From: Acidaminococcaceae bacterium
GTDB lineage: Bacteria > Bacillota > Negativicutes > Acidaminococcales > Acidaminococcaceae
DNA: 24,000 nt
Direction of reading: 5' to 3'
NCBI GenBank assembly: GCA_036659415.1
Contig: JAVXCQ010000015.1
Location: 18,579-42,578, forward strand
The notes under the pieces were generated by a model. It searched no databases, was not told where the DNA came from, and worked only from the letters and a program-made list of their open reading frames with translations. Every line of letters starts with the position of its first letter. Positions within the stretch are counted from its first letter, which is position 1. Position numbers and translations under genes: made by a program. Positions 17,120 to 24,000 of the stretch are shown piece after piece.

Positions 17120-18322
17120 ATGGATTTATATCGGTGGCGAGCTCGTAATCACAGGGGAGAAGTTTTTGCCGGCAAAATGTTGGCAGTGAATGCTAGAGAG
17201 GTGGCAGAATATATTAAAGAACAATATGGCTATGTGACACTGCTGGAAAAAACCGAGCGACAGATGAATTGGCGTCAATGGTGGCCGGAGCAACGGCGCC
17301 TCACTGACGTTGTTTTAGCAGAGTTTTTTCTTCAGTTAGCAACTCTCCTCAAAAGTGGCCTGCCTTTATTGCAGGGGCTGGAACTCATGCAAGGACAAAC
17401 CAGCGGCAGAATGGCTGAGGTTTGCACGCTGTTAGCACAGGAACTGGAAAGGGGTAACTCTTTGGCGACGGCAATGGAGAAGCTAGGGGGAGATTTCACG
17501 GCAGCGTCGGTGCAGATTGTGGAAGCGGGAGAAGCCAGCGGTAAATTAACGGAGTTGTTGCAGGCACTTGCTTCCTACTATCAGCGGCACAACGAACTAA
17601 AACAATTCATTAAAAATGCCTGTATCTATCCCTGTATTCTAGTAATGCTAACGCTTTTGGTGTTGGGCTTTTTTGTAGGGAGAGTACTACCTCTTTTTGT
17701 AGAACTGTATGCAGCTTTAGCTGTGGAACAAACGACAACTTTAAAGGGTTTGAATTTTGTAGGACAGATGCTCGATTGCTACCTAAGGGAAGCGACGAGT
17801 GTTTTTTTATTGCTGGTGGGGGTGCTTTATTATCGGCGACAGCAGCTTAAAAGGTACTGTTTGGCGTTACCGGTGGTCAAGGACTGCTATCATAAAATGT
17901 TAGAAAGTAGGTATTGCCGGGTACTAGCGATGATGCTAGACAGCGGCATTGCACTACCGCTAGCGTTAACGGCGGCGGCAACGACTTTGCAAGCACCGCC
18001 TTTGGTAGCGGTCAGTGCTGCGGTCAGTACGGCGGTAGTGCGGGGGGTTAGCCTGACCCGAGCTGCGGAGCTTAACAGCGAGCTTTTTAGTGCAACGAGC
18101 ATTGAATTTATTCAAATCGGGGAAGGCAGTGGTCAACTGGTAGCTATGCTCCTTGAGGCGGCCAAGATTATTGAGCAGGAATTGCAGGCTAAATTAAAAG
18201 ACGTGAAGGCGCTACTGGAACCCTTACTGCTAGTAGTAATTGCCTTACTGGTAGGGGCGATTATTTTCTTGATTGCGTCGCCGATGTTTGAATTAATCAA
18301 GGTCATGCCAGAATATAACTAA
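17120..18322 (+). CDS. Type II secretion / type IV pilus platform protein (GspF/PilC/ComGB family)
   Basis: 400 aa with two repeated T2SS-F-like halves (…LATLLKSGLPLLQGLELM… and …LAMMLDSGIALPLALTAAA…) and three hydrophobic TM segments. Strong RBS GAGGGAGGTGA. Confidence 0.88.
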   Translation: MDLYRWRARNHRGEVFAGKMLAVNAREVAEYIKEQYGYVTLLEKTERQMNWRQWWPEQRRLTDVVLAEFFLQLATLLKSGLPLLQGLELMQGQTSGRMAEVCTLLAQELERGNSLATAMEKLGGDFTAASVQIVEAGEASGKLTELLQALASYYQRHNELKQFIKNACIYPCILVMLTLLVLGFFVGRVLPLFVELYAALAVEQTTTLKGLNFVGQMLDCYLREATSVFLLLVGVLYYRRQQLKRYCLALPVVKDCYHKMLESRYCRVLAMMLDSGIALPLALTAAATTLQAPPLVAVSAAVSTAVVRGVSLTRAAELNSELFSATSIEFIQIGEGSGQLVAMLLEAAKIIEQELQAKLKDVKALLEPLLLVVIALLVGAIIFLIASPMFELIKVMPEYN

Positions 18323-18338
18323 GAAAGAAGTCCTAGCA

Positions 18339-18737
18339 ATGCGAAACTTTATTCAGTGGTTGCAACGGTTTAAAAGTAATAAAAGTGGTTTTACCTTAAT
18401 CGAAATTATGGCGGTACTGGCTATTATCGGTATGCTGGTTACCATGATGATGCCGTCTATTGATGAAGCGGTGAATAGAACGAAAAACACTAAAATGGCT
18501 TCGGAACTGGTGACGGTGGATAGTGCTATTAAGCTGTATCAGCTGGAAAATAATAATTTGCCCACAACGCTTACGGATTTAAAAGACTATCTGCCGGCAA
18601 ATAAAATCTACAAAGATGCTAAAAACCAGGATTTTGTCTATAGTAAAGGTGAAGGCGAACATTATACGCTGACCGGGACAAAAACCAATGGGGATGTAGT
18701 GCAGGCTAATGGTAAAAAGCCGGATAGTAAGCTTTAA
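18339..18737 (+). CDS. Prepilin-type major pseudopilin (ComGC/GspG-like)
   Basis: Class III signal peptide …KSNKSG|FTLIEIMAVLAIIGMLV with Glu at +5, then a GspG-like segment (AIKLYQLENNNLPTTLTDL). 132 aa. Confidence 0.85.
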   Translation: MRNFIQWLQRFKSNKSGFTLIEIMAVLAIIGMLVTMMMPSIDEAVNRTKNTKMASELVTVDSAIKLYQLENNNLPTTLTDLKDYLPANKIYKDAKNQDFVYSKGEGEHYTLTGTKTNGDVVQANGKKPDSKL

Positions 18738-19207
18738 TGTCACGACAGAAAGGCTTTACGCTAGTGGAATTGGTAGTGGGACTTGCTATTTTACTAGTAC
18801 TGCTGGTGAGTGTGGTACCGGCGACAGAGGGACTTAACCACCTTTTAGGTAGGGTTCAGCTGGATTTAGCAAGTAAAATGCTAGCTATGGATTTGGGGGT
18901 GGTACAGGAAAAAGCCTTATACGAAAATAAAGGTGCCCAAAAATATAAATTATTACTACTAAGTAATGGCAAGGGCTACACCATTTATCGGCAAGGGGAG
19001 CCGTGGAAGGCAGTGGTCTTTGCGGAGCAAGCTCTAAGCAGGGTACGTTTAGAGGCTTTGGTGCGTGAGGTGAGTTTTTCCAATAGTGGTGCTCCGCAAA
19101 AGTATGTTGTTATTAAGGTGAAAATGGAGGAGGAACCAGGCTACTGGAAGACGGTAGCGGTGCAACCCATAACGGGACGGATTGTGATTACTGATGAAAC
19201 AGGTTAA
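18737..19207 (+). CDS. Prepilin-type minor pseudopilin (ComGD/GspH-like)
   Basis: MSRQKG|FTLVELVVGLAILLVLL N-terminal methylation motif. The start ATG overlaps the previous stop (TAATG). Confidence 0.75.
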   Translation: MSRQKGFTLVELVVGLAILLVLLVSVVPATEGLNHLLGRVQLDLASKMLAMDLGVVQEKALYENKGAQKYKLLLLSNGKGYTIYRQGEPWKAVVFAEQALSRVRLEALVREVSFSNSGAPQKYVVIKVKMEEEPGYWKTVAVQPITGRIVITDETG

Positions 19208-19538
19208 AAATGGTTTTATTATGCTGGAAGTAGTGGCGGCAGTTTGTATTGCGAGTACGGCGCTATTGGCGGTGCTGACTTGTTACCGGGGGACGGTGGG
19301 CTTAATGCAGCGGCATAATTTACAGCTGACGGCTTTGAGCTTGGCGGCGGAAGAAATGGAGCTTGTCGGCAAAAACGGGGCTCCGGTGGGAGCGTCCACG
19401 AAAACGGTAGAAAATTTGGTAGTGCAGACTCAGGTGACGCTCCTTAGTCTAGGTCACAACCTGCGGCAGGTGGAGGTGCGGGTTTATAGTCAGCCAGCGA
19501 CCCCGCCGCTAGTTAGTTTGAGTTGCTATGAACAATAA
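19194..19538 (+). CDS. Minor pseudopilin-like protein (ComGE-like, degenerate prepilin motif)
   Basis: MKQVKNG|FIMLEVVAAVCIASTALLAV has Gly-Phe and Glu at +5, followed by a hydrophobic helix. 14-nt overlap with the upstream gene. Confidence 0.6.
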   Translation: MKQVKNGFIMLEVVAAVCIASTALLAVLTCYRGTVGLMQRHNLQLTALSLAAEEMELVGKNGAPVGASTKTVENLVVQTQVTLLSLGHNLRQVEVRVYSQPATPPLVSLSCYEQ

Positions 19539-20046
19539 GCGGCAGGGCAGTCTTTTATTAGAAATTAATGTACTGCTTTTGGCTATTTGCTTGTTGCTAA
19601 CCTGCTATTACCAAGAAATCCTGCAGGTACTAATGACGGAGGGCAAAATCAGTGCTGACCTGGAATTGTTTCGCACGGCACGGATCGTCAATACGGTTTT
19701 AACTAAGAAGCTAAGCTTGGAGGTGGCAGCGGTAGCGGTTGCCACAGAGGGCACCACTAGCAAGCTGACTTGTCAGGAGCTGGACGCCAAAAGCAAGGTG
19801 ACTTTTTATTGTAAGGCAATGCAGCAAGCTCCCTATGTGCAGACGTTATATCAACAAACTAAAGTGGAAGGCAAAACACCCGGAACTAATCCCCTAACTC
19901 CGCCGACAGTAGAGGTGACTGCTTGGCAGGTGCAGGTCTTAGATGCGGAAACCTTGCAGCTAAGACTGGTTTTGCGGGAACTAAAAGCGGGAAGGAGTAA
20001 GGAATTTTGGCAAGTAATCAAGCTAAGCAACGGTTACGTCCGGTAG
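19528..20046 (+). CDS. Minor pseudopilin-like protein (ComGF-like, degenerate prepilin motif)
   Basis: MNNKRQG|SLLLEINVLLLAICLLL has Gly, Glu at +5 and a hydrophobic helix. 11-nt overlap with the upstream gene. Confidence 0.55.
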   Translation: MNNKRQGSLLLEINVLLLAICLLLTCYYQEILQVLMTEGKISADLELFRTARIVNTVLTKKLSLEVAAVAVATEGTTSKLTCQELDAKSKVTFYCKAMQQAPYVQTLYQQTKVEGKTPGTNPLTPPTVEVTAWQVQVLDAETLQLRLVLRELKAGRSKEFWQVIKLSNGYVR

Positions 20047-20951
20047 GTGGTGGGGGCTTTATTCTCCTGCCTCTATTAGTACTGATTGCCATTTTTAGCC
20101 TGTTGGCACAAGGACTGCTACATCTAGTTCAACATGAGTGCGAGATTGAGCAGGCGAGGCTTAGAGAACAACAAATCGTGACTTTGGTGCAAAGTATGCT
20201 GGCTAGACCGGCATTAACAGGAGAGCAGTTACCAGTAGGAAAAACAGTCTTGCCCCAGCTAGTACTTTACCCGGGGCAAGAAACCGTGAACCCCTACGTG
20301 GAAGTGACAGGCAGTACGGAGGCCTCTTTGCACCGGATTACAGCAGGGGTAGTGACAACGAAAGGAACCAATTATTGGCAAAAGCTCTGTGTGTATCCAC
20401 CGGGAGGTGGGGACAATCCGGTGTATCAAAAGACCATCTATGCCGGGCAAAGGCTAGAGGGTGAGTTGCCGCCTAATTGTAGTAGCGGGGAGGGGTGGGG
20501 TATAGCGGAACTGGACGTGGAGGCGTATCAAACCTTTCGGGAAGGGTATTTACCGGTGGCAGCTAATTTGAAATACGAGGGTTTGGCCCGCAAGCTCTAT
20601 GTGAATACGGGCAATACGACGATTGATGAGAGCAGGAGCTATGAGGTGCCGGCACGGACACTAATAAAGGGAGAAGGCGTGCTGGTTTATGGGCGACCTA
20701 TTTACTTACTCGAGGGGGTAGTAGCACCGGGTGAGGTGCATCTGTATTGTCACTCTAATATATTTTTAGGTGATAATGTGGTTTTGCAAAAAGCTTTTTT
20801 ATTTTCTGATCGAGATATAATTATCGGAAACAACGTAACGATTAATGGTATAATAATAGCCAAAGGCAAAATTGTTTTTGGCAGTAATTGTACGGTTAAC
20901 CGTGACGCTGAGGTGCTCAAGCCTTTTGTAACGGGAGTTAATTGTACGTAA
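20007..20951 (+). CDS. ComGG/PilX-like membrane-anchored protein with C-terminal beta-helix-like repeats
   Basis: TTG start with GGGAAGGAG 9 nt upstream. N-terminus …GGGGFILLPLLVLIAIFSLL is PilX_N/ComGG-like and has no Glu at +5. The C-terminus has three repeats of about 19 aa: NIFLGDNVVL, DIIIGNNVTI and KIVFGSNCTV. Confidence 0.55.
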   Translation: MASNQAKQRLRPVGGGGFILLPLLVLIAIFSLLAQGLLHLVQHECEIEQARLREQQIVTLVQSMLARPALTGEQLPVGKTVLPQLVLYPGQETVNPYVEVTGSTEASLHRITAGVVTTKGTNYWQKLCVYPPGGGDNPVYQKTIYAGQRLEGELPPNCSSGEGWGIAELDVEAYQTFREGYLPVAANLKYEGLARKLYVNTGNTTIDESRSYEVPARTLIKGEGVLVYGRPIYLLEGVVAPGEVHLYCHSNIFLGDNVVLQKAFLFSDRDIIIGNNVTINGIIIAKGKIVFGSNCTVNRDAEVLKPFVTGVNCT

Positions 20952-20967
20952 AGAAAGGATGCTGAGC

Positions 20968-21825
20968 ATGAAAAAACTCATTTTATTATTAATGTTCATG
21001 TTATGTTTTGTGCAGGTGGCAGGTGCTAGCGGCAGAACAACTATTTTGACGGGGAAGGTTGCTAACAAGCAGGTAACCGGAAATATCCCTGAGGTAGACG
21101 GTTTACAAGATGAAAACCTGCGGGTGAGTGCCAATAATGTACTAAAAACGCAAGCCTTGGCGCTGGCTGCCACTTTGCCCGGCACCGTGCAAGTGGACTA
21201 CCAGGTTTTTTTGAACCAGTCCAGCCTGGTGAGCGTGCTTTTGACGGCCACTAATCAAAGCGCAGAGGTTTATCAAGGCGTTAACCTGGATTTGACTACG
21301 GGTAAGGAAGCCGTGCTTAATGATTTTTTGCGACTGCAAGATGATGTGAGCCCGGTGTTGGGAACCTATGAGGGGCTACTTTTAGGCAGTGAGGGCGTGT
21401 ATACGAGCAGTACTAAAGCCGGTGCTTATAGTAACTTTGTTTCGTATAAAAACCTACTGCCATTTATTAGAATTAATGAGGCGGGTAGATTTTTGCCGGT
21501 ACTCAAGCTTACTAAGGCGGTAGATGGTAAAACCGTGACTTTAAAAGCGGGGGAAATTATTGCGGCTAAACTAGATGCCAATCGCACGACAGGGTATGGC
21601 TGGGAATTGGCACCGACGGCTAAAAATAGTGACGTGATTGCTATGGGCAGTTCCTATATTATACCGGCCAATAATGACCCGAAGCTGGTGGGGGTACCAG
21701 GTATGGATATTATCTTACTGGGATTTCCTACTGTCGGCACTTTTAATATTCAATTTGAATACAAAAAAACTTGGGAAAAATTTGCTGCAAGTACCGTTAG
21801 CTTTACCGTAATTGTAGAAGCCTAG
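20968..21825 (+). CDS. Secreted two-domain protein with a C-terminal chagasin-family (MEROPS I42) cysteine-peptidase inhibitor domain
   Basis: Sec signal peptide MKKLILLLMFMLCFVQVAGA|SG. The C-terminal ~105 aa carry the chagasin/ICP motifs as I recall them: NRTTGYGW (family NPTTGYxW), GVPG (family GxGG), and FEYKKTWE (family FxYxRPWE). The N-terminal domain resembles DUF4163/DUF3298 (…NLDLTTGKEAVLNDFL), with low confidence. The AAAGGA RBS fits ATG 20968, not 20959. Confidence 0.7.
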   Translation: MKKLILLLMFMLCFVQVAGASGRTTILTGKVANKQVTGNIPEVDGLQDENLRVSANNVLKTQALALAATLPGTVQVDYQVFLNQSSLVSVLLTATNQSAEVYQGVNLDLTTGKEAVLNDFLRLQDDVSPVLGTYEGLLLGSEGVYTSSTKAGAYSNFVSYKNLLPFIRINEAGRFLPVLKLTKAVDGKTVTLKAGEIIAAKLDANRTTGYGWELAPTAKNSDVIAMGSSYIIPANNDPKLVGVPGMDIILLGFPTVGTFNIQFEYKKTWEKFAASTVSFTVIVEA

Positions 21826-21826
21826 A

Positions 21827-21869
21827 AAATAAGTAAAACCGGCTAGCCTTAGCCGGTTTTACTTATTTT
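21827..21869 (+). terminator. Strong terminator closing the pseudopilus operon
   Basis: Perfect 19-bp stem: AAATAAGTAAAACCGGCTA / loop GCCT / TAGCCGGTTTTACTTATTT. The A- and T-rich arms would allow it to work in both directions. Confidence 0.85.
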
Positions 21870-21954
21870 GCTTACTTTAGCATAATTGTTTTTATGGTAA
21901 TGCCTAGGATTTATTGATACAATTATAATATATACGAAGAAACGGAGTAGAAGC

Positions 21955-22218
21955 ATGGACAAACATAAAATGACCTTGCGCATTTTTAATGAAGATTATC
22001 AAATCAAAACTGAAATTGCCGAGAATCAGGTAGTGCGCTTGGCACAGCTAGTTAATGAAAAAATGCTCAAGATTGCACAAAATCAGTCAGCTTTAACGCC
22101 GAGCAAGGTGGCAGTACTGGCGGCTTTGGAGCTGGCCGGGGAATTAGAGGCACTACAAGCAGATTATCAAGAGGTTTTAAACCTAGTTAATGAAAATAAT
22201 GAAGAGTTGAAGGGATAA
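21955..22218 (+). CDS. zapA: Cell division protein ZapA
   Basis: 87 aa. A ZapA-like core (MTLRIFNEDYQIKTE…LAQLVNEKMLKI…SKVAVLAALELAGEL) followed by a short coiled-coil tail. Confidence 0.8.
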   Translation: MDKHKMTLRIFNEDYQIKTEIAENQVVRLAQLVNEKMLKIAQNQSALTPSKVAVLAALELAGELEALQADYQEVLNLVNENNEELKG

Positions 22219-22221
22219 ACA

Positions 22222-24000
22222 TTGAAAAAACAATTATTAGAATTATTAGCTCCGGCAGGTAGCTGGGAAGCTTTGGAAGCGGCTGTTAATGCCGGTGCAG
22301 ATGCGGTATATTTTGGTGGCAAAGCTTTTGGTGCCAGACAATTTGCCGACAATTTTGACCAAGAAGAAATAACGAGGGCGGTTACTTTTGCCCATTTGCG
22401 GCGAGTACGACTTTATGTGACGGTTAACACTTTGGTTGATGACAGTGAAATGGACGAATTAGTCGATTATTTAATTTTTTTGAGTAATGTTGGAATTGAT
22501 GGCATTATTGTGCAGGATATGGGCGTAGTGGAGGTGGCACGCAAGGTAGTACCGGATTTGCCGCTACACGCCAGTACGCAGATGACGATTACTAATTCAG
22601 CCGGGGTAGAATTTGCCCGCCAAGCCGGTATGAACCGGGTAGTATTGGCACGAGAATGTAGTTTGGCAGAAATTAAGGAAATTTGTGCTCAAACCGCAGC
22701 AGAAATAGAAATTTTTATTCATGGGGCTTTGTGTGTGTGCTATTCTGGACAATGCCTAATGAGCAGCTTAATCGGCGGTCGCAGTGGCAATCGTGGACGC
22801 TGTGCGCAGCCTTGCCGTCTGCCCTATAGCTTGGTGAATGAAGAGGGTACGGACATGTTAGGGGGCGCCGAAGCGGGGCAATATCTTTTGAGTCCTCGAG
22901 ATCTGAACACTTTGGAAATTTTGCCGGAAATTATAGCGGCCGGAGTGACTTCACTCAAAATCGAGGGGCGCATGAAACGGCCAGAATATGTGGCGGTGGT
23001 GGTTGATGCCTACAGAAGAGCCCTTGATGGCTATGAGGCAGGTGACTATGAATTACCAGTCAGCGATAAACTCAATATTGAACAAATCTTTAACCGTGAT
23101 TTTACAACGGCTTATCTGGAAAAACGACCTGGTCGGGAGCTGATGAGTGACCGACGTCCGAATAATCGGGGGGTGTTAATCGGGCGGGTGGTTAAGCTAG
23201 AACGCACTACTAACCAAGCTACGATTAAACTGGAACGAGAGCTACATTTAGACGACGGTTTGGAATTTTGGGTGACTGTAGGCGGACGTGTGGGTGCTAC
23301 GGTGAAAAACATGATTTGTAAGGGTCAAGTTGTAACCAGTGCACAACCGGGAGAATTGGTGGAAATCGAAGTCCCTTATGGTATCAAGCTCAATGATCGA
23401 GTCTTTAGGACTTTTGACCAAAAGCTCATGACCTATGCGCAACAGTTCTATGGTCCAGACGCAAAAAAACGTTTGCCGGTGGACGTAGTGGTGACGGCTA
23501 AACTGGGTCAACCGCTAGAAGTAACGATGACCGATGAGGAAGGCAACAGTGGCTATGGTTCAACTAAATTCATTGTCGAGGAGGCACGCAAGCACGCTTT
23601 AACGGAAGAAACTGTGAGGAAACAGGTGGATCGTTTGGGTACCAGCGAGTATTGCTTGGGGACTTTAGTGTTAGCTTGTGATGAGAACGTTATGGTGCCG
23701 ATGAGCGAGCTAAATGAGGCACGCAGATTGGCTACCGAGGCCTTAAATAAAGCTCGCATTGAAAGTTTTGCACCGCCACGTAATTTTAGACGCAAAAATC
23801 GTAGTAATTGGGGCGGAGAAACTAAACAAAATCATCCTCATCACAGTGAATTGACGGTGCACGTCGACACGGTAGCCAAAGCAGAGCGTGCTTTGGGCGG
23901 GGGTGCGGATTGGATTATTTTCGGCGGTGACAGTTTTAGCTCTAAAAGCGTGCCCCAAAGAGAATATCAAGCAGTGGCAAAGCTGGTGAAGGCGGCGGGC
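22222..24000 (+). CDS. Long U32-family protein (peptidase U32 / Fe-S hydroxylase-like), 5' partial, continues past the window end
   Basis: Absent from the ORF track because no stop is reached. I translated frame 1 from TTG 22222 by hand and it stays open for 593 codons. MKKQLLELLAPAGSWEALEAAVNAGADAVYFGG…; U32 signature EIFIHGALCVCYSGQCLMS plus RGRCAQPCR; a DUF3656-like middle region; and a second U32-like repeat beginning near 23850 (LTVHVDTVAKAERALGGGADWIIFGG). Confidence 0.9.
   Translation, partial: MKKQLLELLAPAGSWEALEAAVNAGADAVYFGGKAFGARQFADNFDQEEITRAVTFAHLRRVRLYVTVNTLVDDSEMDELVDYLIFLSNVGIDGIIVQDMGVVEVARKVVPDLPLHASTQMTITNSAGVEFARQAGMNRVVLARECSLAEIKEICAQTAAEIEIFIHGALCVCYSGQCLMSSLIGGRSGNRGRCAQPCRLPYSLVNEEGTDMLGGAEAGQYLLSPRDLNTLEILPEIIAAGVTSLKIEGRMKRPEYVAVVVDAYRRALDGYEAGDYELPVSDKLNIEQIFNRDFTTAYLEKRPGRELMSDRRPNNRGVLIGRVVKLERTTNQATIKLERELHLDDGLEFWVTVGGRVGATVKNMICKGQVVTSAQPGELVEIEVPYGIKLNDRVFRTFDQKLMTYAQQFYGPDAKKRLPVDVVVTAKLGQPLEVTMTDEEGNSGYGSTKFIVEEARKHALTEETVRKQVDRLGTSEYCLGTLVLACDENVMVPMSELNEARRLATEALNKARIESFAPPRNFRRKNRSNWGGETKQNHPHHSELTVHVDTVAKAERALGGGADWIIFGGDSFSSKSVPQREYQAVAKLVKAAG

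Noticed and set aside
20007-20046. The 40-nt overlap between the ComGF-like and ComGG-like ORFs, considered as a possible frameshifted single gene or slippery G-run (GGTGGTGGGGGC)
   Set aside because: The downstream ORF has its own strong RBS (GGGAAGGAG) at the correct spacing and its own N-terminal hydrophobic anchor. The G-run is only 5 nt, so two overlapping, translationally coupled genes is the simpler reading.
20799-21185. 128-aa minus-strand ORF spanning the junction of the ComGG-like gene and the chagasin-domain gene
   Set aside because: It overlaps two well-supported + strand genes, including a clear signal peptide on the opposite strand. No RBS or family resemblance.
21914-21934. 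TTGATA … TATAAT upstream of zapA, considered as a -35/-10 pair
   Set aside because: The two hexamers are only 4 nt apart, so they cannot act as a standard sigma-A pair. A promoter probably exists in this spacer but I cannot place it reliably.
338-23970. All minus-strand ORFs in the track (60-128 aa; for example 2515-2847, 3911-4240, 4874-5221, 6108-6434, 10191-10511, 13209-13511, 23248-23511)
   Set aside because: Each lies antisense inside a + strand gene with strong family motifs. None has a recognisable motif, an RBS or its own intergenic space. Their low-complexity, Arg/Ser/Pro-rich translations are typical of shadow ORFs.
1-24000. Mobile-element, CRISPR, tRNA/rRNA or genomic-island signatures around the pseudopilus operon
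   Set aside because: I saw no integrase or transposase ORFs, no flanking direct or inverted repeats, no repeat-spacer arrays and no tRNA-like sequence. The operon is flanked by ordinary terminators and housekeeping genes.

Overview
Every supported gene is on the + strand. The window looks like a housekeeping block from an anaerobic Firmicutes-type genome; a non-sporulating Negativicutes- or Clostridia-like organism is my guess, not a measurement. In order, it holds: (1) the last 21 codons of an unknown gene plus its terminator. (2) A division/cell-wall (dcw) cluster, mraZ-rsmH-ftsL-murE-murF-mraY-murD-murG-murC-ddl-ftsQ-DUF881-sbp-ftsZ, with a sigma-A-type promoter and a three-repeat MraZ-type operator in front. 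(3) An nrdR-nrdD-nrdG operon (class III anaerobic ribonucleotide reductase) preceded by two NrdR boxes. (4) A seven-gene ComG/T2SS-like pseudopilus operon bounded by terminators. It encodes a GspF/PilC/ComGB-type platform protein, four proteins with prepilin-type N-termini, a ComGG/PilX-like protein carrying a C-terminal beta-helix-like repeat module, and a secreted protein with a chagasin-family (MEROPS I42) inhibitor domain. (5) zapA. (6) The first 593 codons of a long U32-family protein that runs off the window. I saw no tRNA, rRNA, CRISPR array, transposase or integrase. Four things deserve a second look. The pseudopilus operon has no ATPase, prepilin peptidase or secretin nearby, and it ends with two unusual accessory genes. 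nrdD stops exactly at the glycyl-radical motif, reading RLCSC-stop where the family has RxCGY plus a tail of about 20-25 aa. The otherwise complete dcw cluster lacks ftsI/pbpB, ftsW/spoVE and ftsA at their canonical positions. The mraZ and nrdR regulatory sites are clearly readable. All family assignments rest on motifs I recognised by eye; no database search was run.
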